Below, piece by piece: positions 11,325 through 24,297 of a stretch of 64,000 nucleotides of DNA (position 1 is the stretch's first letter; each line of letters opens with the position of its first letter). Under the pieces are notes generated by a model that worked only from the letters and a program-made list of their open reading frames with translations, made no database searches and had not been told where the DNA came from. This DNA comes from Octopus sinensis (Eukaryota), in the NCBI RefSeq assembly GCF_006345805.1, contig NC_043002.1:10664001-10728000 (forward strand), given 5' to 3'. The position numbers were made by a program, and so were the translations under genes.

Positions 11325-11545
11325 GGTTTCCAATTTTGGCACAGGACTTGAATTCCAGTTTTACGGGCGGGGAAAAATCCATGAAATTGATACCAGTGCG
11401 TAGAATGTACTTTTTTTATCGACTCCGAAAGGATGAAACGTAAAGTTGATCTCGGCAGAATTTGAACTCATAACGTAAAGACAGACGAAATGCTGCAAAG
11501 CATTTCGCCCGGCTTGCTAACGATTCCACCAGCTCGCTCCCTTAT
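11325..11545 (-). mobile_element. SINE-B monomer, T2 tail, diverged
   Basis: Head, B-box and core recognisable. Confidence 0.75.
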
Positions 11546-11699
11546 ATCATGTTATAACAAAACAACTTAACATTAAACTGGAAACATATTCAGTACCTAT
11601 AGTAGATTACTTATTTACTACACTTTTATAGGAAGAATGATGATGACTCACAGTCAACACTCTATATGTAAATGTGTATATTGTATATGTGTGTGTGTG

Positions 11700-11915
11700 T
11701 ATGCTTGCCGTTGTACCTGTGTTTCTACACCACTATTTGACAACCGATTTTGGTTTGTTTACATCCCCGTGCATAAGTTATTTGGCAAAAGAGACCATTA
11801 GAATAAGTACCGGGCCTCAAGAGATAAGGACTTGGATTAATCTGTTAAACTAAAATCAGTCAAGGCGGTGCCACAGTATGGCCGCAGACAAATACTTGAG
11901 ACAAGTAAAAGATAA
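11700..11915 (+). mobile_element. SINE-C 3' half, diverged
   Basis: tttgacaaccga...gcaaaagagacc...ggcggtgccacagtatggccgcag. Confidence 0.7.
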
Positions 11916-12111
11916 AAGGCAACCCCTTGGACAGTAATGCTGCCAGTTGGAAACCTGGTCATCGTATCGTGTTACTAAGGAAAGTCAGTCAGTCCTGCAG
12001 CATGAAACTGCCAGCAAAGGTTAAACAAAAGCGAAGATTTGAACTCAATGTTTGAAATTTACAAAATTAAATATCCCATTGCAAACCATTTATTCACATG
12101 GGGTTGTTATT

Positions 12112-12418
12112 TGTTCCTTCTCGATCCATGCCTTGCTCGTAAGGGTCGATTTTCCGGTTTTCCGGTTTCATTGGCGTATAGGTTTCCAACAAGGACAGGA
12201 TGCCATTCCATCTCAGGTGAGCTGCTAAATGCAGGAGGAAAGAGTGAGAAAAATTTGTGGTGAAAGAGTCAGCAGAAATTCGACATTACTTTCTGCCGCA
12301 GCCGCGTGGAGCTTAGGTGCTCCGCTCATATACACAGATTTGGCCCAGTCTGTGATTCGGATCCGCGATGCCTCGACCGCGATTCCACTGCTCTAACCAT
12401 TCTGCCATATGCCTCCAC
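12112..12418 (-). mobile_element. SINE-A, tail A3
   Basis: Reverse complement of the 10135 family. Confidence 0.8.
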
Positions 12419-12447
12419 AATTCACATGGTAGTTATTTATAATTAGT

Positions 12448-12860
12448 ACGGCAGTGAGCAGGCAGAGACGTTAGCACGCCGGGCGAAATGCTTACCATTA
12501 TTTCGTCTGGCGTTACGTTCTCAGTTCAGATTCCGCCGAGGTCGACTTTGCCTTTCATCCTTTCGGGGTCGACTAAATAAGTACCAGTTACGCACTGGGG
12601 GCGATATAATCGACTTAATCCGTTTGTCTGTCCTTGTTTATCCTCTCTGTATTTAGCCCCTTGTGGGTAGTAAAGAAATTAGTATTTCATCTGCCGCTAC
12701 GTTCTGAGTTCAAATTCCGCCGAGGCCGACTTTGACCTTCATCCTTTCGGGGGCGATAAATTAAGTACCAGTTGCGTACTGGAGTCGATCTAATTGACTG
12801 ACTCCCTCTCCAGAAAAAACTTCGGGCTTTGTGTCTAGAGTAGAAAAGATTATTTATTTA
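12448..12860 (+). mobile_element. SINE-B stack: head + T1 + T2
   Basis: Two modules; ends gtctagagtagaaaagattatt. Confidence 0.9.
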
Positions 12861-12872
12861 TTATTATGTTTA

Positions 12873-13270
12873 GAAGGCGGCGAGCTGGCAGAAACGTTAG
12901 CACGCCGGGCGAACTCGTAGCGGAATTTCGTCTGCCGTTACGTTCTGAGTTCAAATCCAGCCGAGGTCGACTTTGCCTTTCATCCTGTCGGGGTCGATTA
13001 AATATGTACCAGTTACGCACTGGGGTCGATATAATCGACTTAATCCGTTTGTCTGTCCTTGTTTGTCCTCTCTGTGTTTTTGCCCCTTGTGGGTAGTAAA
13101 GAAATGTGTATTTTGTCTGTCTTTACATTCTGAGTTCAAATTCTACCGAGGTCGACTTTGCTTTTAATCCCTTTGGGGTCGATAAATTAAGTACAAGTTG
13201 CATACTGGAGTCCATCTAATCAATTGGCCCCTCACCAAATGTTCCGGGCCTTGTGTCTAGAGTAGAAAAG
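12873..13270 (+). mobile_element. SINE-B stack: head + T1 + T2
   Basis: Immediately downstream of the previous stack, same architecture. Confidence 0.9.
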
Positions 13271-14151
13271 TTATTTACAATTAGTCGAACCTGGACCGCA
13301 CAGGTCGAAACCAATAGCGTATTGCGAACCGTGATCATTCGGACTACAATAGAATACAATATTAACTCAAATACGGCACACGTCTATTAACTAGTCAGCG
13401 TACCAATCACGTTATTTGGGGGTTTCTTGATCTTAATGATTGATAAAGTTGAGTGAATAAGTACACAAATAACTACAAATAAATACTGAAGAAAAAAACC
13501 CATACACAGCAAAAAGTAAATCATGCTATTAATATAATCTTTAAATCGATTTAGAACAGTGATTTATGTAGCTACAGACGAGAGGTCTAAGGATTAGGCT
13601 GCAAACAAGTGTATTTTTACTATATCTTTCCTCGTGTAGTTAATTTCCCAAACTTATCTAACATTTCGATCAACAAACATAACATTAAGTTGATTGATAT
13701 TTTTGAACTGAGACTCGCAACTAGCCATGTTGAAAGGTAGTTGGACGGCCTAACAAGCAGATACAATCCGCAACGTATTGCTTCCTATTGAAGTGACCTG
13801 CTGCACTGACTATTAATAGTTATGTTGGTTTTAGCTAACATAACAGTAAGACGCACGCAATGCATGCCAGGACTTTCATTAATGTATATTACTGATTTCA
13901 CATTCTGCCGTATGCGAAATGGCGAAATCATTAACTTGAAGATCAATGGGTTACACGTGACGTGCATCTCTACGTCAATAGTTCTTGATATGAAGAAGTG
14001 GAGTTAAAGTTGTGTTCGAGATGTTTCCACTGATTCTTTCGAATTATGAGTAAAATTAACCCCCAATGTCACGGGGGGTAATTTTACTGCTAGTCACCTG
14101 CGCAATGTGACTATTTCGAAGGAGATAATGATAAAAAATTAGGTAAATACT

Positions 14152-14344
14152 CTTACTCTTTTACTGGTTTCAGTCATGTGACTGTGGCCATGCTGGAGCA
14201 CCGCCTCTTGTCGAGCAAATCGACGCCAGGACTTATTCTTTGTAGGCCTAGTACTTATTCTATCGGTTTCTTTTGCCGAAACGCTAATTTACGGGGACGT
14301 AAACACACCAGCATCGGTTGTCAAGCGATGTTGGGGGGGGGGGT

Positions 14345-14422
<78 letters not shown>

Positions 14423-14595
14423 CGTATATATACATATATACGACGGGATCATTTCAGTTTCCGCCTACCAAATCCACTCAGAAGGCTTTAGCCGGCCCGA
14501 GGCTATAGTAGAAGACACTTGGCCAAGGTGCCACGCAATGGGACTGAACCCGGAACCATGTGGTTCTTAAGCTACTTACTACACAGCCACTCCTA
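14152..14595 (-). mobile_element. SINE-C, near full length, internal (CA)/(TA) microsatellite
   Basis: CORE-like gcaccttggccaagtgtcttc on the minus strand; tail actgaaaccagtaaaagagtaagag. Confidence 0.9.
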
Positions 14596-14713
14596 AAAGT
14601 TTTTATTTTTATTAAACATAACTAGTCAGGGAACATTTTTTTTATACCACTTCGTATGATGAGAATTTGCTGGTATCTTACTTAAAAAATATCCGACAAT
14701 ATGTTAAATTGAT

Positions 14714-15131
14714 AAAGGCGGCGAGCTGGCAAAACCGTTAGCACGCCGGGCGAAATGCTTAGCGGTATTTCGTCTGTCGTTACGTTCTGAGTTCAATTTC
14801 CGCCGGGGTCGACTTTGCCTTTCATCCTCTCGGGGTCGATAAATAAAGTACCAGTTACGCACTGGGGTCGATGTAATCGACTTAATACCTATGTCTGTCC
14901 TTGTTTGTCCCCTCTGTGTGTAGCCCCTTGTGGGTAATAAAGAAATAGGTATTTCGTCTGCCGCTACGTTCTGAGTTCAAATTCCGCCGAGGTCGACTTT
15001 GCCTTTCATCCTTTCGGGGTCGATTAAATAAGTACCAGTTACACACTAGGGTCGATATAATCGACTTAATCTCTTTGTCTGTCCTTGTTTGTCCCCTCTA
15101 TGTTTAGCCCCCTGTGGACAATAAAGAAATA
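14714..15131 (+). mobile_element. SINE-B stack: head + T1 + T1-variant module
   Basis: Imperfect TSD aatatgt(t/c)aaatt; last module ends ggacaataaagaaata. Confidence 0.9.
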
Positions 15132-15832
15132 AATATGTCAAATTCATATTGCAGTAAAGATTTCTGCAAACTTTGTCAGTTTTCTACAAAAAAGGGTTTC
15201 GTTTTCTAATCTTTAACAAAACGGTATAGGGATAGGTGTGTATTAAAGAAGTTGAATTAGCAACCAAGTGGTTTAGTGTTCAATTCTGTTGTACAGTAGC
15301 TGAAGCAAGTGCTTTTACAATAGCCTTAGGTTAATTAAGACATTGTGAATAAAAAATACCAGATGAAAACTGTCTAGAAGTTCGTGAAATATCTATGTGT
15401 GTGTGTATGTATGCGAGTCAACACCATTATATGTGTGTGTGTGTGTGTTTTTGCCGGATGATTGGCTATTAAAAAGTCATCAAGGATAAACTTTTCCAAT
15501 TTGAGCAGGACACATGCGCACACTGCAGAACCAAACCCTATCAGATTGGCGGGGGATTCCCTTTTAGATCAAGACTAATTTGTTGCAAATGTTTTTATTT
15601 GTAATTGTCGGGGATTCTTTACTCTTTGACTCCGATGTTGAACAGTCAAATCTGTGGCTTTTGAGAAGGTTTCGCTTACGCTGCACTCTTCCTGCTTTTG
15701 TCACAGAGGTACAGGTAATTCAACCCTATGTCTCGATTGGATCATGAACGCCTTGTCATTCAAGTGTGTCGATTCATTTGTGCACACTGTTAACTGGAGA
15801 ATATCTTCCATAAAGTGAACTTCGTTCATACC

Positions 15833-16066
15833 TATTTCTTTACTACCCACATGGGGCTAAAGATAGAGAGGACAAACAAGGACAGACAAACGGATTAAGT
15901 CGATTATATCGACTCCAGTGCGTAACTGCTACTTATTTAATCGACCCCGAAAGGATGAACGGCAAAGTCGATCTTAGCGGAATTTGAACTCAGAACGTAG
16001 CGGCAGACGAAATACTGCTAAGCATTTCGCCCGGCCTGCTAACGATTCTGTCAGCTCGCCGCCTTA
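15833..16066 (-). mobile_element. SINE-B monomer, T1 tail, perfect 15-bp TSD
   Basis: aacttcgttcatacc at 15818-15832 and 16067-16081. Confidence 0.95.
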
Positions 16067-16139
16067 AACTTCGTTCATACCACTCTGCAGTTACTATAAA
16101 CTTTTTCACCAGCACAAGTATTTCTTGGTTAACTATCTG

Positions 16140-17010
16140 AGCAGCCTGTGAAGGTTCGTGGCTTCGCGATTAGAATATTCGATCGCATGGTCGCGATTTC
16201 GATTCTTGGCGCTGCGTTTTATCCTTAAGCAAGACACTTTATTTCACGTTGCTCTCGTGACTTCTGCTGTCGAAAATGAGTTGTACCTGTATTTGAAAAC
16301 ACTCAGCCTTGTTGCACTTTGTGCTATGCTTAATCTGTCTCAAATCTGCGTTCCGGGTACACGTGTCTGTGGAGTGCTCAGCTACATGCATTTAAATTTG
16401 TCGGGTATTTTTTAAGTAAGAGGCCAGAAAATTCTTATCATACAAAGTGGTATTGAAAAAAGTTCCCTGATTAGTTATGTTGGATCTTTTCGGTTTGAAC
16501 GGCAGTTTTTAACATGATTTCTAGGTAACTAAAAAATTTTAAATTTCGTATACTGGTAGAATGTGTTTATAAAACATCTTTTTCTCTTGGCTTTATTGAG
16601 AACATTCTATTGTTTGTAAGATATTTGTTGTTTTTTCTTCAATTTCTGCAATTTCTACCAATCAATGACGTCCATTGAGGTAAAAAAACATACTGTGCCG
16701 TATGAATATGTCCCTCGTTTACGAAACAGTTTGGGTTTATTTACATTTGTGAAGAAAAAAAGATACCCTTCCCCCCCACTCCTAACCCTAAAACAGAATG
16801 AAATGCAATAGATCGATATTAGGGTCATAATTATGGGTGACAATTTCATACGACACTGCTAGAAAAAACTGCCGTTCAAACCGAAAAGATCAGTTATGTT
16901 TAGTAAAAAAATAACTTATTTACCTAATTTTTAACATCAATGATCAACGCTAGCAGGCTGTTCCGTCGATCAAATCAACTGGAACGCTTAACGACATAGC
17001 CGACAGATTC
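16140..17010 (+). mobile_element. Old SINE (CORE-like middle, A1-type tail) interrupted by DNA-transposon sequence
   Basis: gggtacacgtgtctgtggagtgctcagc near 16357; remainder gcaggctgttccgtcgatc near 16953. Confidence 0.6.
16482..16892. mobile_element. MITE with ~28-bp TIRs and 8-bp TSD (Merlin-like by termini)
   Basis: TIRs ggatcttttcggtttgaacggcagttttt / aaaaaactgccgttcaaaccgaaaagatca; gttatgtt on both sides. Confidence 0.85.
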
Positions 17011-17125
17011 GCCAGTATATTTGAGCATCCAACATGATCTCGTTTCCTTTAGTCCACTTTAGTGTGCTGCCAGCGTTTGAAATATATCGGATTCACTGCA
17101 GGTCAAAATGCTTCGAAACACCGAC

Positions 17126-17352
17126 GGCGGTAGTTTCGCTAGGCAATAATTAAATACTGCTAATGACGTATTTTCATCAAGTTGTATTAGCAGGAGCATA
17201 CCCGAACTTGCGGCCACTTACAAAGATGAATTAGCCGTTGGCGGGACTTTCGCAAGGCAATCATTAAATACTGCTAATCACCTACTTTCATCAAGTTGTA
17301 TTAGCAGGAGCATACCTGAACTTGAGGCCACTTACATGGATGAATTAGCCGT
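17126..17352. repeat. Tandem duplication, 114-bp unit x2
   Basis: ggcgg...gaattagccgtt repeated at 17126 and 17240 with scattered mismatches. Confidence 0.9.
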
Positions 17353-17419
17353 TGTTATGTTGTGTAAGAGGATAAGAGATGGAATATTGGACATCTTCGA
17401 AAACAAAGATCAAAGAAAT

Positions 17420-17752
17420 ATACTTTTCTACTATAGGCACAAGGCTCGAAATTTTTAGGGAGGGGACCAGTCGATTAGATCGATCCCAGTACGCAACATA
17501 TATATTTCTTTACTACCCACAAGGGGCTAAACATAGTGGGACAAACAAGGACAGACAAAGGGATTAAGTCAATTACATCGACCCAGTATGCAACATATAC
17601 TTAATTTATCGACCCCGAAATGATGAAAGGCAAATTGGACCTCGGGGAAATTTGAACTCAGAACATAAAGACAGACGAAGTACCGCTAACGTTTCTTATT
17701 TCTTTATTGTCCACAAGGGACTAAACATAGAGGGGACAAACAAGGACAGACA
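17420..17752 (-). mobile_element. SINE-B stack (partial T1-variant, T1, partial T2)
   Basis: Modules recognisable on the minus strand. Confidence 0.75.
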
Positions 17753-17837
17753 AGGATCAAGGAAACATCAGCAAATAAATGGACTTATTTGAGTACGGAC
17801 TGGCAGTCAAAAGGCCCTGTGCGTCTGAGTGCATAAA

Positions 17838-17869
<32 letters not shown>

Positions 17870-17870
<1 letters not shown>

Positions 17871-18098
17871 ACGGCGAGCTGGCAGAAACGTTAGCACGCC
17901 GGGCGAAATGCGTAGCCGTATTTCGTCTGCCGTTACGTTCTGGGTTCAAATTCCGCCGAGGTCGACTTTGCCTTTCATCCTTTCGGGGTCGATTAAATAA
18001 GTACCAGTTACGCACTCGAGTCGATTTAATCGACTTAATCCGTTTGTCTGTCCTTGTTTGTCCCCTCTGTGTTTAGCCCCTTGTGGGTAGTAAAGAAA
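17870..18098 (+). mobile_element. SINE-B monomer, T1 tail
   Basis: Near-consensus head, core and tail; sits in microsatellite. Confidence 0.9.
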
Positions 18099-18344
18099 TA
18101 TATATATGTGTGTGTGTGCGCGCGACGTGTGTGTATGTGTGTATACGGCGAGCTTCCACAAAGTTTCTGCCTACCAAATTGAGTAACAAGTTACTTGTCG
18201 GTTAAAGCAGAAAAGTAGAAATACTTGCCTAAGACGCAGAGCAACTAAGCCGAACCCGAAGCCACGTAGATATAAAGCTGCTTAACCACACAACTATTGC
18301 AGTTGTAACATATATTCTTTTTTATTCTTAGTTGAGCAAATCTA

Positions 18345-18672
18345 CCCCAGAGCTTTGTAAGACTAGTACTTATCCAATCGGTCTCTTTTTGCCGAACCGC
18401 GAATTTACGGGACGTAAACATACCAGCATCAGTTGTCAAGCGATGTTGGTGGGGCAAACACAGACACACAAACATATACACACATACATATACATATATA
18501 TACATATACGAGGGGCTCCTTTCAGTTTCCGTCTACCAAATCCACTCACAAGGCTTTGATCGACCCGAGGTTATAGTAGAAGACACTTGCCCAAGGTGCC
18601 ACGAAGTGGGACTGAACTCGAGACCATGTGGTTGGTTAACAAGCTATTTACCAAACAGCCACTCCTGCGTCT
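18345..18672 (-). mobile_element. SINE-C
   Basis: Head cagccactcctgcg, CORE-like segment and internal microsatellite. Confidence 0.85.
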
Positions 18673-18770
18673 ATGTATACATATGTGTACATGTATTTGT
18701 GTGTATATTTTCCTTTTACATTTATATGTCTGTATATGTATGTGGTCTGTGTACATCTATCTGTGTATTT

Positions 18771-18809
<39 letters not shown>

Positions 18810-19233
18810 TTTAGTATGAGTATATACTGATGTGAAATATTTTAATATATTGCAATTTTAATTTTTATGTATTAATTGTATTAATCGAATTATATTTTCT
18901 ATATAATTAATGACAATATGTATTTGAATCAACTCTTCGATTTAAGGTTTTTTTCCTCGATTTTTATAATTTATATTGAACACATTTATTTTGGTTATTT
19001 TGTTTATCGCTTGCCTAAGACCGTTATTTGAAAGGACCAGTGAAACAAATCCATTCTTAAAGGTGTATCCTTTAGCTAGTTTTGATCAAATTGTTATTTC
19101 GGCTCTATTTTAACAAAACTGTCCGACGAACGGGAACGTAAAACTCCGAGTAACAGCTTTTGTTATATTTCTGCTGCTTTTAAATAAAGTATTTATATGT
19201 ATATATATATACTTTATTATATATATATATACA

Positions 19234-19304
<71 letters not shown>

Positions 19305-19859
19305 CTATACGTGTGTGTGTGTGTGTGTACGTATGTATAAGAATATACACATGTATATGTATGTAAGTATCCATATGTGCATGTAAATATATGTACGCAA
19401 CGCATGTATGTAGATGTTTATATATGTACTTGCGTACGTGTACGTCTGAATATCTGTTTAGCGCACATGTATACACGTGTGCTTGTGCGTACTTGCGTGA
19501 GTGCGTGTGTATATGTGAGTAAATTTGCTCGTGCATGTGTGGGGGTAGATGAGTGTGTGTGTGTGTGTGTTAGTAAAGCATATAAGTAAATGAGATATCT
19601 AGTTAAAGTAGAGAATGTTACTGACAGATTTCTATAGATGAAGCTACTTTGGTTGTAATAGATCTCTTCACCCAACTTGGAAACTTTTAGAATCTCATTA
19701 AAAGCAGATCGATATTTTGTGAAAATGAATTGAAGTAATTGATCCAATTAACAAAATAATACTGTTAGCAATGAGATATGAAGGTGAAAGCGGCGGGCGG
19801 GAGAGGAGGAGGAGAGAGAGTAGGGGGAAGCAAACAACAACAAATTATATAATAGCAGC

Positions 19860-19866
19860 AGCAATG

Positions 19867-19899
<33 letters not shown>

Positions 19900-20171
19900 A
19901 AAATGGTGTTGGTGGTGATTGTGCTGTTGATAGTAATAGCAGCATGTATCTATATGTATATATGCATGAACATGGATATTGTAGTGGTAGTAGTAGTAGT
20001 AGTAGTAGCATCAGCAGTAGTAGTAGTAGTAGTAGTAGTAGTAGCAGCAGCAGCAGCAGTTGTAGTAGTAATAGTAGTAGTAACAAGCGTGGTGGTAGTG
20101 GTGGTAATAGCAGTATGTACCTATAAGTATATATGTATACACATGGATACTGTAGTGGCAGTAGTAGTAGT

Positions 20172-20208
<37 letters not shown>

Positions 20209-20360
20209 TAGTAGTAGTAGTAGTTGTAGTAGTAGTGGTGGTGGTGGTGATAATAGTAGTATTAGTAGTGGTGGTGGTGTTAGTAGTAGTAGTGTTGTTG
20301 TTGTTGTTGTTGCTGTTGGTGGTGGTGGTGGTAGTAGTAGCAGTAGTAGTAGTAGTGAAG
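19860..20360. repeat. (AGT)n/(GGT)n/(GCA)n compound microsatellite
   Basis: Visible arrays; source of the poly-V/poly-S ORFs. Confidence 0.95.
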
Positions 20361-20595
20361 AATAAAAAAGCAGGAAATAATGTGTAATGAACAGAAATGT
20401 TAGTGGCGAATGATGGGAAAGATGGCGAAAATCATGAAGACTGCGTTGTAATATGACATATTGACACAGTTCGTGTATGTAAAAAGTAGTTTTCTAAATT
20501 TACATTTCAGAGAATTTAATGCGCATTAAACAAATCTTAAGATAATCAAATACGCACACACATACATATATGTCTGTGTGTGAATATATATATAT

Positions 20596-20667
<72 letters not shown>

Positions 20668-20738
20668 TGTATGTATATAATTATATATATATAATATATT
20701 ATAGATATATGTATTATTTATTTTTTATATGTGTATTT

Positions 20739-20772
<34 letters not shown>

Positions 20773-20831
20773 GCATGTATATATTTATATTTCTGTGTTT
20801 TTACACACACACACACGCACACACACACACA

Positions 20832-20894
<63 letters not shown>

Positions 20895-21532
20895 CAGCGA
20901 GATAACGATATATATGTGTATGCATGTGTATATATATATGTCTGCGTGTGTGTGCGTGTATATATGTGTATATGTGTCTATTTGTGATTGTGTGTGTGTA
21001 TATGTATGTGTGCATATGTATATGGGTGTGTGTATATATATATATATGGATGTATAAACGTATGTATATCAAAAATTGTTTTTATCCTACTGATGATCAG
21101 TTCTTTAATTAGTACACTCGCATGTTCAGATACCTCATGCCATTAAATATCCATGATTAATTATATATCAATTTAATTACTTCGCCATCCATATACATTA
21201 TCACTCAGGATTCTATGTCTATCATAAGATGCTATTTTCTGTTGCGTGTCTTGTCTCATCCAAGCCCTCAAGGGTGCATGTTGTTTTTCCTCTCTCTTGC
21301 AAGATAACAGACATTTTGCATTGCATAGAAGCTAACCCATCTACAAACCGCTGAATCATATTTATTTTTTTTAGATTATTAACACTATTTTCAGTAATTT
21401 TAAACTAGGTATAGATTACAGATTTCGCTCTAATATGACTAAGAAACTTCAATCAATACCTAGCCTTTGCTGGGCCAGATTTCTATGATTGGATTTTGGT
21501 GAAAGGAAACTGTGTGACACCCAATCGTGGAT

Positions 21533-21835
21533 AGTGGAGGCACATGACCTAGTGGTTAGAGCAGCGGACTCGCGGTCGAAGGATCGCGGGTTCGAATCAC
21601 AGACCGGGCGATGTGTGTGTTTATGAGCAAAACACCTAAGCTCCACGCGGCTCCGGCAGAAGGTAATGGCGAACTTCTGCTGACTCTTTCGCCACGACTT
21701 TCTCTCACTCTTCCCTCCTGCATCTTGCAGCTTACCTGCGACGGACCGGCGTCCCGTCCAGGTGGGGAACCTATACGCCAAGAAACCGGGAAACCGGCCC
21801 TTATGAGCCACGGATGGCTCAAGAAGGAAAAAACA
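21533..21835 (+). mobile_element. SINE-A, tail A3, well preserved
   Basis: gtggaggcacatgacctagtggttagagcagcggactcgcggtcg... through ggctcaagaagga. Confidence 0.9.
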
Positions 21836-22007
21836 ACAATCGTGGATAAATTGCTGCTTCCGACGAGTTTGACTTTGCCTTTCATCGTTTCTAGATCGAT
21901 TTAATAAATACTAATTGAGGGCTTGGGTCGATGTAATTGGCTAGTATCTTCCTTGAAAGATTGATTGATTCTAGTTTCAGCTCATGAGCTGTGGCTTATT
22001 ATAAACT

Positions 22008-22385
22008 TACAGTATCGCCCGGCGTTGCTCGGGTTTGTAAGGGAAATAACTATATAAGCATTTTTAGAGATGTAAAGTATAATAGCCATCTCAATATGGC
22101 TAACCACAAGGTTCTGAGATTTAATAATAAATTTTTAGAGAGTTACTTCCCTTATATATGCCAAAAATGCATTAAAAATGGGAAAAATGATGGTAATTTT
22201 TTTTTAAATCGTAGACTCATCGTAGACTCATCGTAGACGCGCGCTAATACCCAGAAGGGCTCGATATGAATCACGACTATAAGATACCCGGTTTTGGTTA
22301 AACTGCACCGCAAAATGTGGGAGTAGTTAGGAATCTAAATCGAAGGGGACAGACAGCACACAACCTCTCTTTTATATATAAAATA
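22008..22385 (-). mobile_element. Non-autonomous Helitron-like element
   Basis: Minus strand ends acaaacccgagcaacgccgggcgatactg, shared with 49085 and 53357; CTAG end degenerate. Confidence 0.75.
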
Positions 22386-22394
22386 TTACATGTT

Positions 22395-22625
22395 ATGCTG
22401 TTTTGAGGGTTGGTAACAACAAATCTCCTCAAATGCCAAGAAATTTTCTTAGGATTCTTTTTAGAATACAGATCCGCAATGCAATTCTCAATTCCGATAT
22501 CACTCAGTCTCATAGGTTGCCGTTTGTTTGTTGCACCAAATGTATCAATTACGATAGGAAAAAATTGCAGCCATAGTCTTCTGCAATCTTTTCATCTCTC
22601 TGCCTGATTCCTGATATTTATAAAT
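22395..22625 (-). pseudogene. Decayed RLE-type LINE 3' end
   Basis: EKIYKYQE..REMKRL....FPIVIDTFGA, typical RLE C-terminal KY.DL..E..R.W..PIV.GA.G region. Confidence 0.55.
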
Positions 22626-23265
22626 TTTTTCAGTTTCCTTTTCGTACACAGTCATTATAATTGCAAGATGTGTGATCTTTCAGTTTTATTTTTCTCACAT
22701 GCGCACACAGGAGAGAGAAGTACACACACACACACATACACACACAACCATAAAAACACAAACATAAAAACACAAATAGGAACACGCAAACACATGAATA
22801 TGCAGAATACATACATACAAACGTACACACATACATATATATATATACGAGCACACACATACATGCATGCATACACACACTTACATGCATGCATACATAC
22901 ATACATACATACATACATACATACATACATACATACATACATACATACATACAGACGGACGGACATACATTCATACATGTGTATGCGCACACAAACTTAC
23001 CCACACACATGCGTACAAGTAAACAAGAACACAGCTTTAATAACGGACAGAGTCAACAACTATTGAAAAAGTTCCAAGAGGCAACGAAAATTTTAGAAAA
23101 ATATATAAGTAAATGAGTGGAAATTTTACTGGTGAGTGTGTTAAATTATAAGGTATTAAAAGAGAATGACTCTCCTCAGGCACGACAGAATATGCTTCAA
23201 CACACGAAAGAATCTTGCAAACCAAATCCCAAAAGAAAAAATAAATCAATATGATTATTTATTTC

Positions 23266-23352
<87 letters not shown>

Positions 23353-23362
23353 ATGATGATGA

Positions 23363-23393
<31 letters not shown>

Positions 23394-23394
23394 A

Positions 23395-24297
23395 TTGAGT
23401 GAGAGTGCAGTGCATGCCATCAAAGATATACTGGGGTAAAATATACGAAGCCCAGTATACCCATCATGACTATCCGTCTGATAAGGGTACACCAGGCACA
23501 TGCATCACAGCCATATGTGCGTGACATGGTGATCTCATATCAAGATAAACAGCGCATGACCTTGCAGGTGGGGCACAGTTAAAATTTTCTGCTGGTCGAG
23601 TAGCCCATCCCGCTCAAAAGGTCCCTGAATGAGGGTTGTTTAAGGATGCTCAACGAACTATCTATGTTTCCAAAGGTGAATTATCCAAACCTCTAAGAAT
23701 TCCTTTCAACACACGCTATGATGCTCCCCCACTACTTCTGTTCGTGATCAGAGATGCACATATCGACGGCCACTAAGGGACATGGTCAACTGGTTAAGGT
23801 GAAACAACTGACAAGCAAATCTGTGGTATTGAGCACAATATTTGCTTAAGCCCATCTTTTATACCAAGACAAAACAATATACATGATAACACTTCCAATC
23901 GGGGAGGAATTACAGCCGTGATTCGTGGTCTGCTACCACAACGGCTCCTTCATAGGATCCAGTTAGCTCAAGACATCATCAGGAGGAACCACGTCCGGTT
24001 TCGGCCCCTACTCCTCTACCGTTTTGACATGGCGGTCCCCCTTCCTTTCGGAGGTGTCTTCAGCTCTGGTGTTAGGTGCATGTCTTCTTTCTTCTTCTTT
24101 CTTCTGTTCCCTGGCCTCTTCGATGTATCATCAGCGATGTCAGACGGTGACTGACTGACGTGTCAAACTTTTCCCGTTAAATACCTGCAACTCGGCTCCA
24201 GCAGGCAGCCCCAGCAAGTTGTCACGTGACATGATAACACTTCCAATCAGTTAAGATCAGAATCCATGACAGCCACTGTCTGGTACTGCATTAGGGC

